DNA of 64,000 nt from NCBI GenBank assembly GCA_030651475.1, contig JAUSEW010000002.1, positions 19,927 through 83,926 on the forward strand, read 5' to 3'. The stretch comes from Candidatus Levyibacteriota bacterium. Its GTDB lineage: Bacteria > Patescibacteriota > Microgenomatia > Levybacterales > UBA12049. Numbering within the stretch: position 1 is the first letter of the stretch; every line of letters starts with the position of its first letter. The notes below the pieces were generated by a model. It was not told the DNA's origin. It did not search any database and saw only the letters and a program-made list of their open reading frames with translations. A program made the position numbers and the translations under genes. Of the stretch, positions 20,292 to 28,953 are shown piece by piece.

Positions 20292-21707
20292 ATGTTGAAA
20301 ATCTATAATACGCTAACAAAAAAGGTTGAGGAGTTTAAGCCGATTAATTCTCCAAAGGTTAATATCTATTCCTGCGGTCCCACGGTTTATGATTACCAAC
20401 ACATAGGGCATATGAGAAGGTATGTGGGTGATGATATTTTGATTAGGGTTTTGGATTTCAATAACTTCAGGGTTAAGCACGTAATGAATATTACGGATGT
20501 CGGACATTTGGTTTCGGATGCGGATACAGGCGAGGATAAGATGGAAAAGGGTGCCCGAAAGTTTAATAAGACTGTTTGGGAGATTGCGAAAATGTTTGAA
20601 GAGCAGTTTTTTGCATCCGCGAAAGCTTTGAATATCAAAAAACCGGATCTGGTGATGCATGCAACAGATTACATTAAAGAGCAAATTGTTTTTATTCAGG
20701 CGCTTGAAAAGAAAGGATATACGTATAAAATAGATGACGGGATTTATTTCGATACTTCGAAATTCTCAAACTACAACAAGCTTTCCGGTCAAAACCTTAA
20801 GGATATGAAAGCGGGCGCAAGAGTAGAGATGGTTAAAGGCAAAAAACATCCGTCAGATTTCGCTCTCTGGAAATTTAGCCCCAACCCTTCGACAAGCTCA
20901 GGGCAACCTAAAAGGTTGATGGAGTGGGAAAGCCCTTTTGGTATTGGATTTCCCGGTTGGCATATTGAGTGTTCAACTATGGCGATAAAGGGTTTGGAAA
21001 CCGAGACTTTGGATATTCATACAGGAGGAATTGATCATATTGCCATTCATCATACCAATGAAATTGTTCAAAGCGAGGCCGCAACAGGAAAAACGTTTGT
21101 TAAATACTGGATGCATCATAATTTTCTGCTGGTTGACGGGCAAAAAATGAGCAAAAGCCTGGGGAATATTTATACTGTCGAAGATATTATTAAAAAAGCC
21201 ATGCCTGCCGGCAGGCAGGGTTTTGAGCCTCTGGCTCTTCGCTATCTTTATTTGCAAACTCATTATCGGCAGGAAGCAAATTTTACATTTGAGGCTTTGG
21301 AATCGGCGCAAACCGCATTAAACCGCTTAAGGGAGAATATTTCCAATTGGGGAAAACCAAAAGTGGGATGCGCGGAATTTGAAGAAAGATTTTTGCAGGC
21401 GATTAACAATGATTTAAATATGCCGGAAGCGCTTTCTATCGTTTGGGAATTAGTGAAATCCGATTATCCGACATCTGCCAAAGCGGAAAGCTTGTTCAAA
21501 ATGGATCAGGTTCTAGGCCTAAATCTTGGACAAGATCAGAAGCTTGAAGTACCGGAAGAGATAATGAAAATGGTCAAAGAACGAGAAGAGCTAAGGAAGA
21601 TTCAGAGTTACCATCTGGCAGATCAAATGAGAGGCAGAATTAAGAAATTGGGCTACAATGTTTTGGACACGGAAAAAGGCTCTCTGGTAAAAAAGATTGG
21701 AAAATAG
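20292..21707 (+). CDS. cysS: cysteine--tRNA ligase
   Basis: CGPTVY, HIGH, GFPGWHIECS, KMSKS. Confidence 0.97.
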   Translation: MLKIYNTLTKKVEEFKPINSPKVNIYSCGPTVYDYQHIGHMRRYVGDDILIRVLDFNNFRVKHVMNITDVGHLVSDADTGEDKMEKGARKFNKTVWEIAKMFEEQFFASAKALNIKKPDLVMHATDYIKEQIVFIQALEKKGYTYKIDDGIYFDTSKFSNYNKLSGQNLKDMKAGARVEMVKGKKHPSDFALWKFSPNPSTSSGQPKRLMEWESPFGIGFPGWHIECSTMAIKGLETETLDIHTGGIDHIAIHHTNEIVQSEAATGKTFVKYWMHHNFLLVDGQKMSKSLGNIYTVEDIIKKAMPAGRQGFEPLALRYLYLQTHYRQEANFTFEALESAQTALNRLRENISNWGKPKVGCAEFEERFLQAINNDLNMPEALSIVWELVKSDYPTSAKAESLFKMDQVLGLNLGQDQKLEVPEEIMKMVKEREELRKIQSYHLADQMRGRIKKLGYNVLDTEKGSLVKKIGK

Positions 21708-21744
21708 ACATCTAAATGCTATAATTTGCTTACATTTTATATAA

Positions 21745-22503
21745 ATGGCTGAACCAAGAACCGAGACGACACAACCAATAGCTACAATAGAAATTAAGAA
21801 GGGCTTAAGTAGATTGGCAATTAATCCTCATGGTGCAAGAATTGAAGAGTTAACGTTAAAAGGGCAGAAGATTCTTACTAAAGTAAGAAGAGCGGATCTT
21901 ACCCAAGCATCCACCCATCCGTGTATTCCTATTTTTGGTCCCGAAACCACGACTAGATTTGGTATTCCGCAGCATGGATCTGCAAGAAAAAAAGATTTTG
22001 ACGTTTCTATAGTAGAAGGACATATTATTTTATCTCAAGAAATTGTAGACGGTCAATATCCCAAAGGATTAAGCATAAGACAGGTTCATAGTCTTTCGGA
22101 AGAAGAATATTCCTTAACAACAATTGTTTCAAATAGCTCTACAGAAGCACTTCCCGTTAATTTCGCAGAACATTTTTATTGGGATACTCCTGGCGGGTGG
22201 GGTGGTTTGATCATTAACGGCAAAGATGTTGAAGACATCGTGAGAAGAGATGGGGCAATCCCTGCACTAAAAGGAAAAAATGTGATTCATATACCATTGA
22301 GGAGGGAGATAATTTTAGACGCAAAAGGATTTTCTATTCTTCAGCTGTGGACAGGCAAAAATCCAGAAGGTAAATTTGATCAACATTATGTTTGCATAGA
22401 ACCAGCAGAGGGTAATCCTGCAGAGAATTTTTTTGGCTCCAAAGATTCAATGATAAAACCCCAACAATCGAGAACTACAGAAATTAAGATTAGCTTACAA
22501 TGA
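21745..22503 (+). CDS. aldose 1-epimerase/galactose mutarotase-like protein
   Basis: PQHGSAR, HFYW, YVCIEP. Confidence 0.8.
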   Translation: MAEPRTETTQPIATIEIKKGLSRLAINPHGARIEELTLKGQKILTKVRRADLTQASTHPCIPIFGPETTTRFGIPQHGSARKKDFDVSIVEGHIILSQEIVDGQYPKGLSIRQVHSLSEEEYSLTTIVSNSSTEALPVNFAEHFYWDTPGGWGGLIINGKDVEDIVRRDGAIPALKGKNVIHIPLRREIILDAKGFSILQLWTGKNPEGKFDQHYVCIEPAEGNPAENFFGSKDSMIKPQQSRTTEIKISLQ

Positions 22504-23267
22504 ATACTTCTTGGCAGAAAGTTTCCGGATGGTATAAAAATTTGGTCAAGGAAAAGGGGCATTATTTTCACGAGCATTTGGTTATCCCAAGATCATTAGC
22601 GCTTCTTTCGTTGGATAGTGAGAGCAGCCTGCCTACCGGCGAGGCAAGTCTTTTGGATTTGGGATGCGGAGAAGGGGTTTTGGCAAGGGCAATCCCTAAA
22701 AATATTTATTATCAAGGGGTTGATATTGCGACCTCTTTGATAGATTATGCTAAAAAAAACGACCATAATCCGTTGCATAAATATGCGGTTGGCAATGTCG
22801 CTAGACCTCTTCCGATATCCAAGAAAGATTTTACTCATGCAGTTTTTATTCTCGCTCTGCAAAATATTTCCGAACCTTTTTTGGCGTTGCAAAATGCTGC
22901 TTCCTATCTCAAAAAAGGCGGAAAACTGCTGATAGTTCTGAACCATCCATATTTCCGAATTCCCAGGCAAACGTCCTGGGGGATTGATGAAAAAAATAAA
23001 ACCCAGTACCGAAGAATCGACCGCTACCTAACGCCTCTTAAAATTCCGATAAATATGCATCCGGGAGAAAAGGAATCTTCAGTAACTTGGTCTTTCCATT
23101 TTTCTCTTTCTGCTTACAGTAAATTTCTTTTTGATTCAGGTTTGGTAATAGAGAAAATAGAGGAGTGGACTTCGGATAAAATAAGCGTTGGCAAAGCGGC
23201 AAAAATGGAAAATAGAAGCCGGGAAGAATTCCCTCTTTTCATGGCAATCCTCGCAAAACTTGGATAA
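22500..23267 (+). CDS. class I SAM-dependent methyltransferase
   Basis: LLDLGCGEG, LKKGGKL. Confidence 0.9.
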   Translation: MNTSWQKVSGWYKNLVKEKGHYFHEHLVIPRSLALLSLDSESSLPTGEASLLDLGCGEGVLARAIPKNIYYQGVDIATSLIDYAKKNDHNPLHKYAVGNVARPLPISKKDFTHAVFILALQNISEPFLALQNAASYLKKGGKLLIVLNHPYFRIPRQTSWGIDEKNKTQYRRIDRYLTPLKIPINMHPGEKESSVTWSFHFSLSAYSKFLFDSGLVIEKIEEWTSDKISVGKAAKMENRSREEFPLFMAILAKLG

Positions 23268-23291
23268 GGATTTTTTGATATAATACAATTT

Positions 23292-24200
23292 ATGGATTTC
23301 GGATTTATCATTTTAACTGTTCTCGGGCTTTCGCTGTTTGAGATAATCACCAGCGTTGATAATGCCATTATCAATGCGGAAGTATTAAGAGGAATGAGCC
23401 AAAGAGCAAGAAAATGGTTTCTCCTGTGGGGTTTTCTTTTTGCAGTTTTTGTCGTCCGCGGTTTACTGCCTCTTCTTATTGTGTGGATTGCAAATCCCCA
23501 GATTGGCGTAATCAGGATATTTTTTGCAGCATTTTCTTCAGATCCTCAAATCGCAGAAGCTGTTGAGAAAACATCGCCTTTTCTTCTTTTGGGTGGAGGA
23601 GTATTCCTTTTATTCTTATTTTTCAACTGGCTGTTTTTGGAACCTAAGAATTTCGGATTAAAAGGAGAACGATTTTTCCAAGCCCAAGGAGCTTGGTTTT
23701 TTGCCATTGTCTCTATTCTTCTTGCCGTAATAGTGTGGTTTGCCTTGCAAAAAGACTCTATGCTCGCATTTGCGGCAGTTATAGGTTCTACGGCATTTTT
23801 TATCATTCATGGATTCAGGCAATTTGCAGAAGAACAGGAAAGAAAGCTTATTGCCGGAAATATGTCGGATATAAGCAAGATTGCCTATCTTGAGGTTTTA
23901 GATTCAACTTTTTCAATCGACGGAGTAATAGGGGCATTTGCTTTTACATTTTCAATACCGTTAATTCTTTTGGGAAATGGCCTTGGGGCATTGGTTCTGC
24001 GGAAGCTGACGGTAAGCAATATAGAAAGAATAAAAAAGTATAAATATTTAAAAAACGGAGCCATGTATTCAATATTATTTTTGGGAATAATAATGATTTT
24101 AGACAGTTTCGGATTCTATATTCCCAATTTCGTTTCTCCTATTATTGCTTTTGGAACAGTTGGCTATTTTTTCCTCAAATCCAAAGCCGAATTATTGTGA
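23292..24200 (+). CDS. DUF475/TerC-like membrane protein
   Basis: EIITSVDNAIINA, YLEVLDSTFSIDGVIGAFA, YLKNGA. Confidence 0.88.
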   Translation: MDFGFIILTVLGLSLFEIITSVDNAIINAEVLRGMSQRARKWFLLWGFLFAVFVVRGLLPLLIVWIANPQIGVIRIFFAAFSSDPQIAEAVEKTSPFLLLGGGVFLLFLFFNWLFLEPKNFGLKGERFFQAQGAWFFAIVSILLAVIVWFALQKDSMLAFAAVIGSTAFFIIHGFRQFAEEQERKLIAGNMSDISKIAYLEVLDSTFSIDGVIGAFAFTFSIPLILLGNGLGALVLRKLTVSNIERIKKYKYLKNGAMYSILFLGIIMILDSFGFYIPNFVSPIIAFGTVGYFFLKSKAELL

Positions 24201-24205
24201 AAAAC

Positions 24206-24234
24206 TTGACAATCGACTATTAATCGACTATAAT
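24206..24234 (+). promoter_or_regulatory. sigma70 promoter containing a 10-bp direct repeat (putative operator)
   Basis: TTGACA-17nt-TATAAT; AATCGACTAT at 24211 and 24222. Confidence 0.75.
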
Positions 24235-24314
24235 CCGATTATCCACCGCATTTTACCTTTCGCCTTTTCAGTACTATTCGTACACGGCTCAAGGAGCAAT
24301 GTTGGCGGACAAGT

Positions 24315-25343
24315 ATGTTCTATCCAAAATATACTATTACCGATCGGCTTCTTGCTAATATAAAAAGAATTAATATCTTAGTAAGCGAATTGAACAATAG
24401 ACGGTTTCCTCATGTTGTTTTATTAGAATTAGAGAGAGTAGCTAGGGAAGTATCTGCTTATGCTTCAACTAGCATTGAGGGTAATCCATTGCCCCTAACA
24501 GAAGTCAAAAAAATTCTTAAATCAACGCCCGTACACATACGAGACAGCGAGAGAGAAATATTAAATTATAATCAAGCACTGCAAGATTTAAATAGAAAAC
24601 TTAAGGAAGAGAGTGCGCGTTTATCCCTTGACCTTATTTTACAAATTCAAAAACAAGTTATGAGGGATTTATTGTCGGAATCTGAAGCAGGAAGACTTCG
24701 AGAAAAACCGGTAGTTGTTAACGATCCGCGAACGGGACAGGTTGTATATTTGCCGCCTGAAATTAAAGACGTAAAACGCCTTATGGAAGATTTGATTTCG
24801 TTTGTCAATTCGAATAGGGAAGCTATTGATTCCCTCATTCTTGCCGGTATTTTCCACAAACAAATGGTTATTATTCATCCCTTTATGGATGGTAACGGAA
24901 GAACAACTCGTCTTGCAACTAAGGTGTTACTTGCTGAAATGGGACTTAACACATTTAATCTCTTTAGCTTTGAAAATTACTATAATAAAAATGTTACAAA
25001 GTATTTCCAAACAGTAGGGGAATTTGGCAATTATTATGATTTAACCGAAGAAATTGACTTTACTTCTTTTCTTGAATATTTTACTGAAGGAATTATCGAT
25101 GAGCTCTTACGAGTAAAAAAAATACTGCCAAAATTTGCGGCAACTCCGCAAACGCAATTACAAACTTATCACTTGAAATTACTTAAGCATATTCGAGAAG
25201 AAGGTTTTATTAACGATAGGAATTATGCTCAATTGACAGATCGAGCTAAAGCAACAAGGACACAAGACTTTAAAAAGCTGCTAAAATTGGGTTTAATTGA
25301 AAAAAAAGGGAAAGGTAAAGCCACATATTATATTTTGAAATAA
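24315..25343 (+). CDS. Fic family protein with C-terminal winged HTH
   Basis: STSIEGN, HPFMDGNGRTTR, C-terminal GKGKATYY. Confidence 0.92.
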   Translation: MFYPKYTITDRLLANIKRINILVSELNNRRFPHVVLLELERVAREVSAYASTSIEGNPLPLTEVKKILKSTPVHIRDSEREILNYNQALQDLNRKLKEESARLSLDLILQIQKQVMRDLLSESEAGRLREKPVVVNDPRTGQVVYLPPEIKDVKRLMEDLISFVNSNREAIDSLILAGIFHKQMVIIHPFMDGNGRTTRLATKVLLAEMGLNTFNLFSFENYYNKNVTKYFQTVGEFGNYYDLTEEIDFTSFLEYFTEGIIDELLRVKKILPKFAATPQTQLQTYHLKLLKHIREEGFINDRNYAQLTDRAKATRTQDFKKLLKLGLIEKKGKGKATYYILK

Positions 25344-25402
25344 AGATAAAACTCCCAATAAAAATTTGACAAACGCCTTATAGCGTGATATAAGCTAAAC
25401 AT

Positions 25403-25603
25403 ATGCCAGCGGAACGTTTGAAGAAAGGACAACCGACAGATAGAGGAACTAAAAACGCAGTAAACGAATTCAGTTCCCATGTCGCTCATGTTGTCGTTGC
25501 CGACCCTGATGGTGGTTTCAGTGTCGTCGTCGACCGAGGTGTTGCCAATAACCTTGATCCTTTCAGCCGCACTGTTCGTCCGGTAGTGGCAAAAAATAAA
25601 TAG
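25403..25603 (+). CDS. small hypothetical protein
   Basis: 66-aa ORF behind TTGACA-17nt-TATAAG promoter. Confidence 0.55.
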   Translation: MPAERLKKGQPTDRGTKNAVNEFSSHVAHVVVADPDGGFSVVVDRGVANNLDPFSRTVRPVVAKNK

Positions 25604-25676
25604 GAAATTGGGTTTTAGCCTCCGCATATCTTGCGGTATTGCAATTTTAACCACACTGGCTTAAGATTTACTTAAG

Positions 25677-26456
25677 GTGAGATTGGAAAATAAAGTTGCG
25701 ATTGTTACAGGCGGGGGAAGCGGAATCGGGCAGGCGATAGCTATTCTGTTCGCCAAAGAAGGCGCCAAAGTCGTTGCTGCCGGCAGAAGGATTGAGGCTT
25801 TGCAAAGTACAGTAGCGGAAATTGTCCGCCAAAGGCGGATCAGCCTAGGGCTGAAAAAATCAGGCGGTGAAGCTCTAGCAGTAACAGCAGACGTTTCTTC
25901 TTTTTCTTCAATACAAAATCTTATCCAAAAAACTCTGGAAAAATTTGGCAGAATTGATATTCTGGTCAACAATGCTGGCATTTATTTAGCCGGCGACGCA
26001 GTATCGACAACCGAAGAAGATTGGGATAAAGTTCTGGCAATTGACGCCAAAGGAACATTTTTGTGTTCCAAAGCAGCTCTTCCATCGATGATAAAACAGG
26101 GAAAAGGGAAAATCGTCAATACAGCTTCTATAGCCGGATGGATAGGTTTCGAAGAAAGCATAGCTTACTGTGCGGCAAAAGGCGCGGTTGTTAATATGAC
26201 TAGGGAGATGGCTTTGGATTTCGGACCAAAAAATATCAATGTCAATGCAATTGCGCCCGGTGTCGTAGAAACGGATATGACCCAAAGTTTTTTGCAGGAT
26301 GAAAACGCCAAAAAATCCTTTTTGGATAAAATCCCAATAGGAAGAATTGGAAAACCTTTGGATATTGCTTATGCGGCCTTGTATTTGGCATCGGATGAAT
26401 CGGATTTTGTTACTGGAGAAACGCTGATAGTTGACGGCGGATGGACAGCCAGATAA
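25677..26456 (+). CDS. SDR family oxidoreductase
   Basis: TGGGSGIG, NNAG, YCAAK, VDGG. Confidence 0.95.
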   Translation: MRLENKVAIVTGGGSGIGQAIAILFAKEGAKVVAAGRRIEALQSTVAEIVRQRRISLGLKKSGGEALAVTADVSSFSSIQNLIQKTLEKFGRIDILVNNAGIYLAGDAVSTTEEDWDKVLAIDAKGTFLCSKAALPSMIKQGKGKIVNTASIAGWIGFEESIAYCAAKGAVVNMTREMALDFGPKNINVNAIAPGVVETDMTQSFLQDENAKKSFLDKIPIGRIGKPLDIAYAALYLASDESDFVTGETLIVDGGWTAR

Positions 26457-26566
26457 TGGAGAGAAAAATTTCGGTAACACATCTAAATGTAAGACAGAGC
26501 ATTTTCTTTTTGCTTCAGAAAAACACGTCTTAGCGGAAAAAGTTATAGAAGAAGAGAAAAGATAGA

Positions 26567-27223
26567 TTATAAAGCTGCGACCGAAACTGTAAGAATTTCG
26601 CCGTCATAATCAAACTTAAATTCTATGGGTACATTTTTATTATTGGTTATATAGAGATTTTGTACCTGATTTGAATAGCTTTTGCCAGGATCATCATAAA
26701 TAGCTACCCCAAACTCTTTTGGAATTTCCGGAATAGGCGTAAAATCATGGTTGGTAGGCGCTTTTGCCTCAAGACCTGCATCTTTCGCAGCCCAATAAAT
26801 AATTGAAGCTAAATGACAAATTCCATCACCTACAAGATAACCGTCGGATTTGAAGCCCTCCTGTGAATTAAAATGAGCATTTGTAGTTTTTACAATCTTC
26901 TCTTGGTATTCCGGCAACACATCATCGTGGAAAGAAAATACCTCGTTTGGTTTTAAAGTCCATTTATAATGGAAAGGTTTTCCTATCTCTTGCCAGTTTA
27001 TGCTCGCGTTTTTGCCAACTTTATCCGCCATATAGGCAATATTTAGCAAAATGTTGTCTTTGAAAATATCATTTACGAATTTATTGGAATAACGTTTTTC
27101 CAAAGATATGGCACGAGAGGATAGCACCTGTTCAGAGGGTTTATTTTGTTGGGGAAGGTTTTGTACGATAGGCAGGTTTATGCCAAAAAACAGCACAGCT
27201 CCTAAAAGTGTTGATGTAAACAT
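26567..27223 (-). CDS. VanW family protein
   Basis: N-terminal hydrophobic segment, EVFSF, GDGICHLAS, NLYITN. Confidence 0.8.
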   Translation of the reverse strand: MFTSTLLGAVLFFGINLPIVQNLPQQNKPSEQVLSSRAISLEKRYSNKFVNDIFKDNILLNIAYMADKVGKNASINWQEIGKPFHYKWTLKPNEVFSFHDDVLPEYQEKIVKTTNAHFNSQEGFKSDGYLVGDGICHLASIIYWAAKDAGLEAKAPTNHDFTPIPEIPKEFGVAIYDDPGKSYSNQVQNLYITNNKNVPIEFKFDYDGEILTVSVAAL

Positions 27224-27232
27224 AAGTGTTGC

Positions 27233-27312
27233 AGTATATCACACTATAAGCCCAAAGTCAAGTATAGACTATTCGATTTAGAGCTTGACAAGACGCCTTA
27301 TAGTGTGATAAT
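27233..27312. promoter_or_regulatory. mirror-image divergent promoters with a perfect 14-bp inverted repeat
   Basis: TATCACACTATAAG 27237-27250 and CTTATAGTGTGATA 27297-27310; minus TTGACT-17-TATACT; plus TTGACA-16-GATAAT. Confidence 0.75.
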
Positions 27313-27323
27313 ATCTTAAAATT

Positions 27324-28109
27324 ATGACAATGCGACACATTGAAAGCAAAGAAGGATTAGGAGAATTCGTTGGGGATCCCAATGGCGATAAAGCCAAATT
27401 AGCAATAACTCTCATAGAGGGCGCAAGAAAATGGAGGGAGACATTTGGAGATATTTCTTTGCCATCTGTTACAGCTTCAGTTGAAGTAAAACCATTTTCT
27501 CCAGAAGCAGTTACTAATTATTGGCGAACAAAATTACAAGCAGATGGTAAAAGAATAGGACTTTCTATTTCCGTGCCAGATTGTAGTTGGACAGAAGCAG
27601 AAATAAGAAAGCCAATGGTAGATGTTAAAGGAAACGAAGTTCCTTCAATGTTAGTTTATGTTCCGCAAGAGCTTATGGGAAAAGAAGGATTAGTAAGATT
27701 AGGACAGATGTATCCAAAGATGAATAACTGGTCTGTTCAAGAAGACACTAGCGTGCAAAATAGTCCTGATGCAAACAAAAAAGGCGGATGGGTTAAAGTA
27801 GAAGCAATTGTTGATGCCCCAAATCTTAATACTACTCAGGAAGATCTTGAACAGCATGCCAAAGATAAAAAATATTTCGCACAAACATTAAATACTTTTA
27901 TTCTTGCTTCTCAAGCAAATAAAGATTTAACAGGACGTTACTTAGATGAAGGATCGACATGGTCTCGTTTGCTTGGTTCTCGTCGCGCGAGCGGTGTGGT
28001 TCATGCCGACTTCGGTTCGGGTGGGTACTTGTTTGTCGGTTGGGGTCTGGGTCCGCAGGGTCACGGTTCGGGCATAGGCGGGCGTTTTGAAGAAGTGAAG
28101 AAAGCTTAA
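27324..28109 (+). CDS. DGR target (variable) protein, probable C-type-lectin-like fold at C-terminus
   Basis: 3' end contains the VR; ends ...IGGRFEEVKKA; fold assignment is inference. Confidence 0.9.
   Translation: MTMRHIESKEGLGEFVGDPNGDKAKLAITLIEGARKWRETFGDISLPSVTASVEVKPFSPEAVTNYWRTKLQADGKRIGLSISVPDCSWTEAEIRKPMVDVKGNEVPSMLVYVPQELMGKEGLVRLGQMYPKMNNWSVQEDTSVQNSPDANKKGGWVKVEAIVDAPNLNTTQEDLEQHAKDKKYFAQTLNTFILASQANKDLTGRYLDEGSTWSRLLGSRRASGVVHADFGSGGYLFVGWGLGPQGHGSGIGGRFEEVKKA
27971..28096 (+). repeat. DGR variable repeat (VR)
   Basis: 126-bp ungapped match to 28431-28556 (offset 460). Confidence 0.96.
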
Positions 28110-28430
28110 ACCTTTGCCTCTTTGTCCTTTTAGCTCCTTTGACTTTCGTTTTTTTATAGTCCTCCCAAACTATTTTATGCTACAATACTCCTGAGAGTAG
28201 GTTAATACATTCTTAAGCTAAGACTTTAGAATTACCGAAATCCTTGATTTTCAAAATTTTGTTCGATTTCTGTTGTTTATGGATAACAGAAGAATACAAA
28301 AGAAAAACAAGACACTTCTTGCCTAATGCTTGCGAAGATGTCCTGAGCTTGTCGAAGGACTACTTCCAAATAAAATACAACAGTAAGAGTAATCAAACTG
28401 TGGTGGTAATTGATGGCATAAGGCAAAAAA

Positions 28431-28556
28431 GCTTGGTTCTCGTAACGAGAGCAATGTGGTTAATGCCAACTTCAATTCGGATGGTAACTTGAATGTCAAT
28501 TGGAATCTGAATCCGCAGAATCACAATTCGAACATAGGCGGGCGTTTTGGAGAAGT
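28431..28556 (+). ncRNA. DGR template repeat (TR)
   Basis: 13 AAC/AAT triplets in target frame; 25 of 27 mismatches to VR at TR adenines. Confidence 0.95.
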
Positions 28557-28564
28557 AGCTTGTT

Positions 28565-28953
28565 TTAAATTTGAGTTAATGATCTTTTCCATCCTCCAAG
28601 CATCCTGCCAACTTCTTGGAGGAATTGTTCTAACTGTAGATATTTATTATTGTCAAGAGATTGAACATCTTTAGCCAGTCTGAGCAATATCTTTAAAAGA
28701 TCTAATGAGATGATAGCTTTTTCAAGATAAAGAAGCTTTTTGTCTTTCTGACTTGTTCCTGCCATAAGGATTAGTTCGAAAATTGTAAGCGTTAGACTAT
28801 CCAGCTTTTGTCCTAAAGTGTAGCGGTCTTTTTTGGGGAAAAGCTTCAGGTATCCATACAATAATTTGTAGAAATCATAGAATCTTTGAATAAGAGGTAT
28901 GTCAAAGTCAGGTGTGTGTGTGTGTGTGTGTGAATATCTTTATCTGTATGCAT
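28565..28953 (-). CDS. avd: DGR accessory protein Avd (four-helix bundle), frameshifted at a (CA)10 tract
   Basis: DIPLIQRFYDFYKLLYGYLKLFPKKDRYTLG...LLKILLRLAKD...EVGRMLGGW; ATG 28953 is 2 nt out of frame. Confidence 0.88.
28912..28932. repeat. dinucleotide microsatellite G(TG)10 / (CA)10C
   Basis: direct reading; the only long dinucleotide tract I noticed in the window. Confidence 0.95.

Noticed and set aside
26456-26566. Possible gene remnant (MERKISVTHLNVRQSIFFLL...) between SDR and vanW
   Set aside because: Too short to support without a homology search.
28097-28160. GC-rich hairpin downstream of the VR, as in several DGRs
   Set aside because: Only a pyrimidine-rich tract with CTTT units is visible; I could not support a stable stem.
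28456-28674. 72-aa Asn-rich ORF (MVNANFNSDGNLNVNWN...)
   Set aside because: It is the TR read in the target frame and runs antisense into avd; not an independent gene.
28912-28947. RT N-terminal extension MCVCVCVNIFIC from GTG 28912
   Set aside because: Produced by translating the TG repeat; ATG 28948 is the more plausible start.
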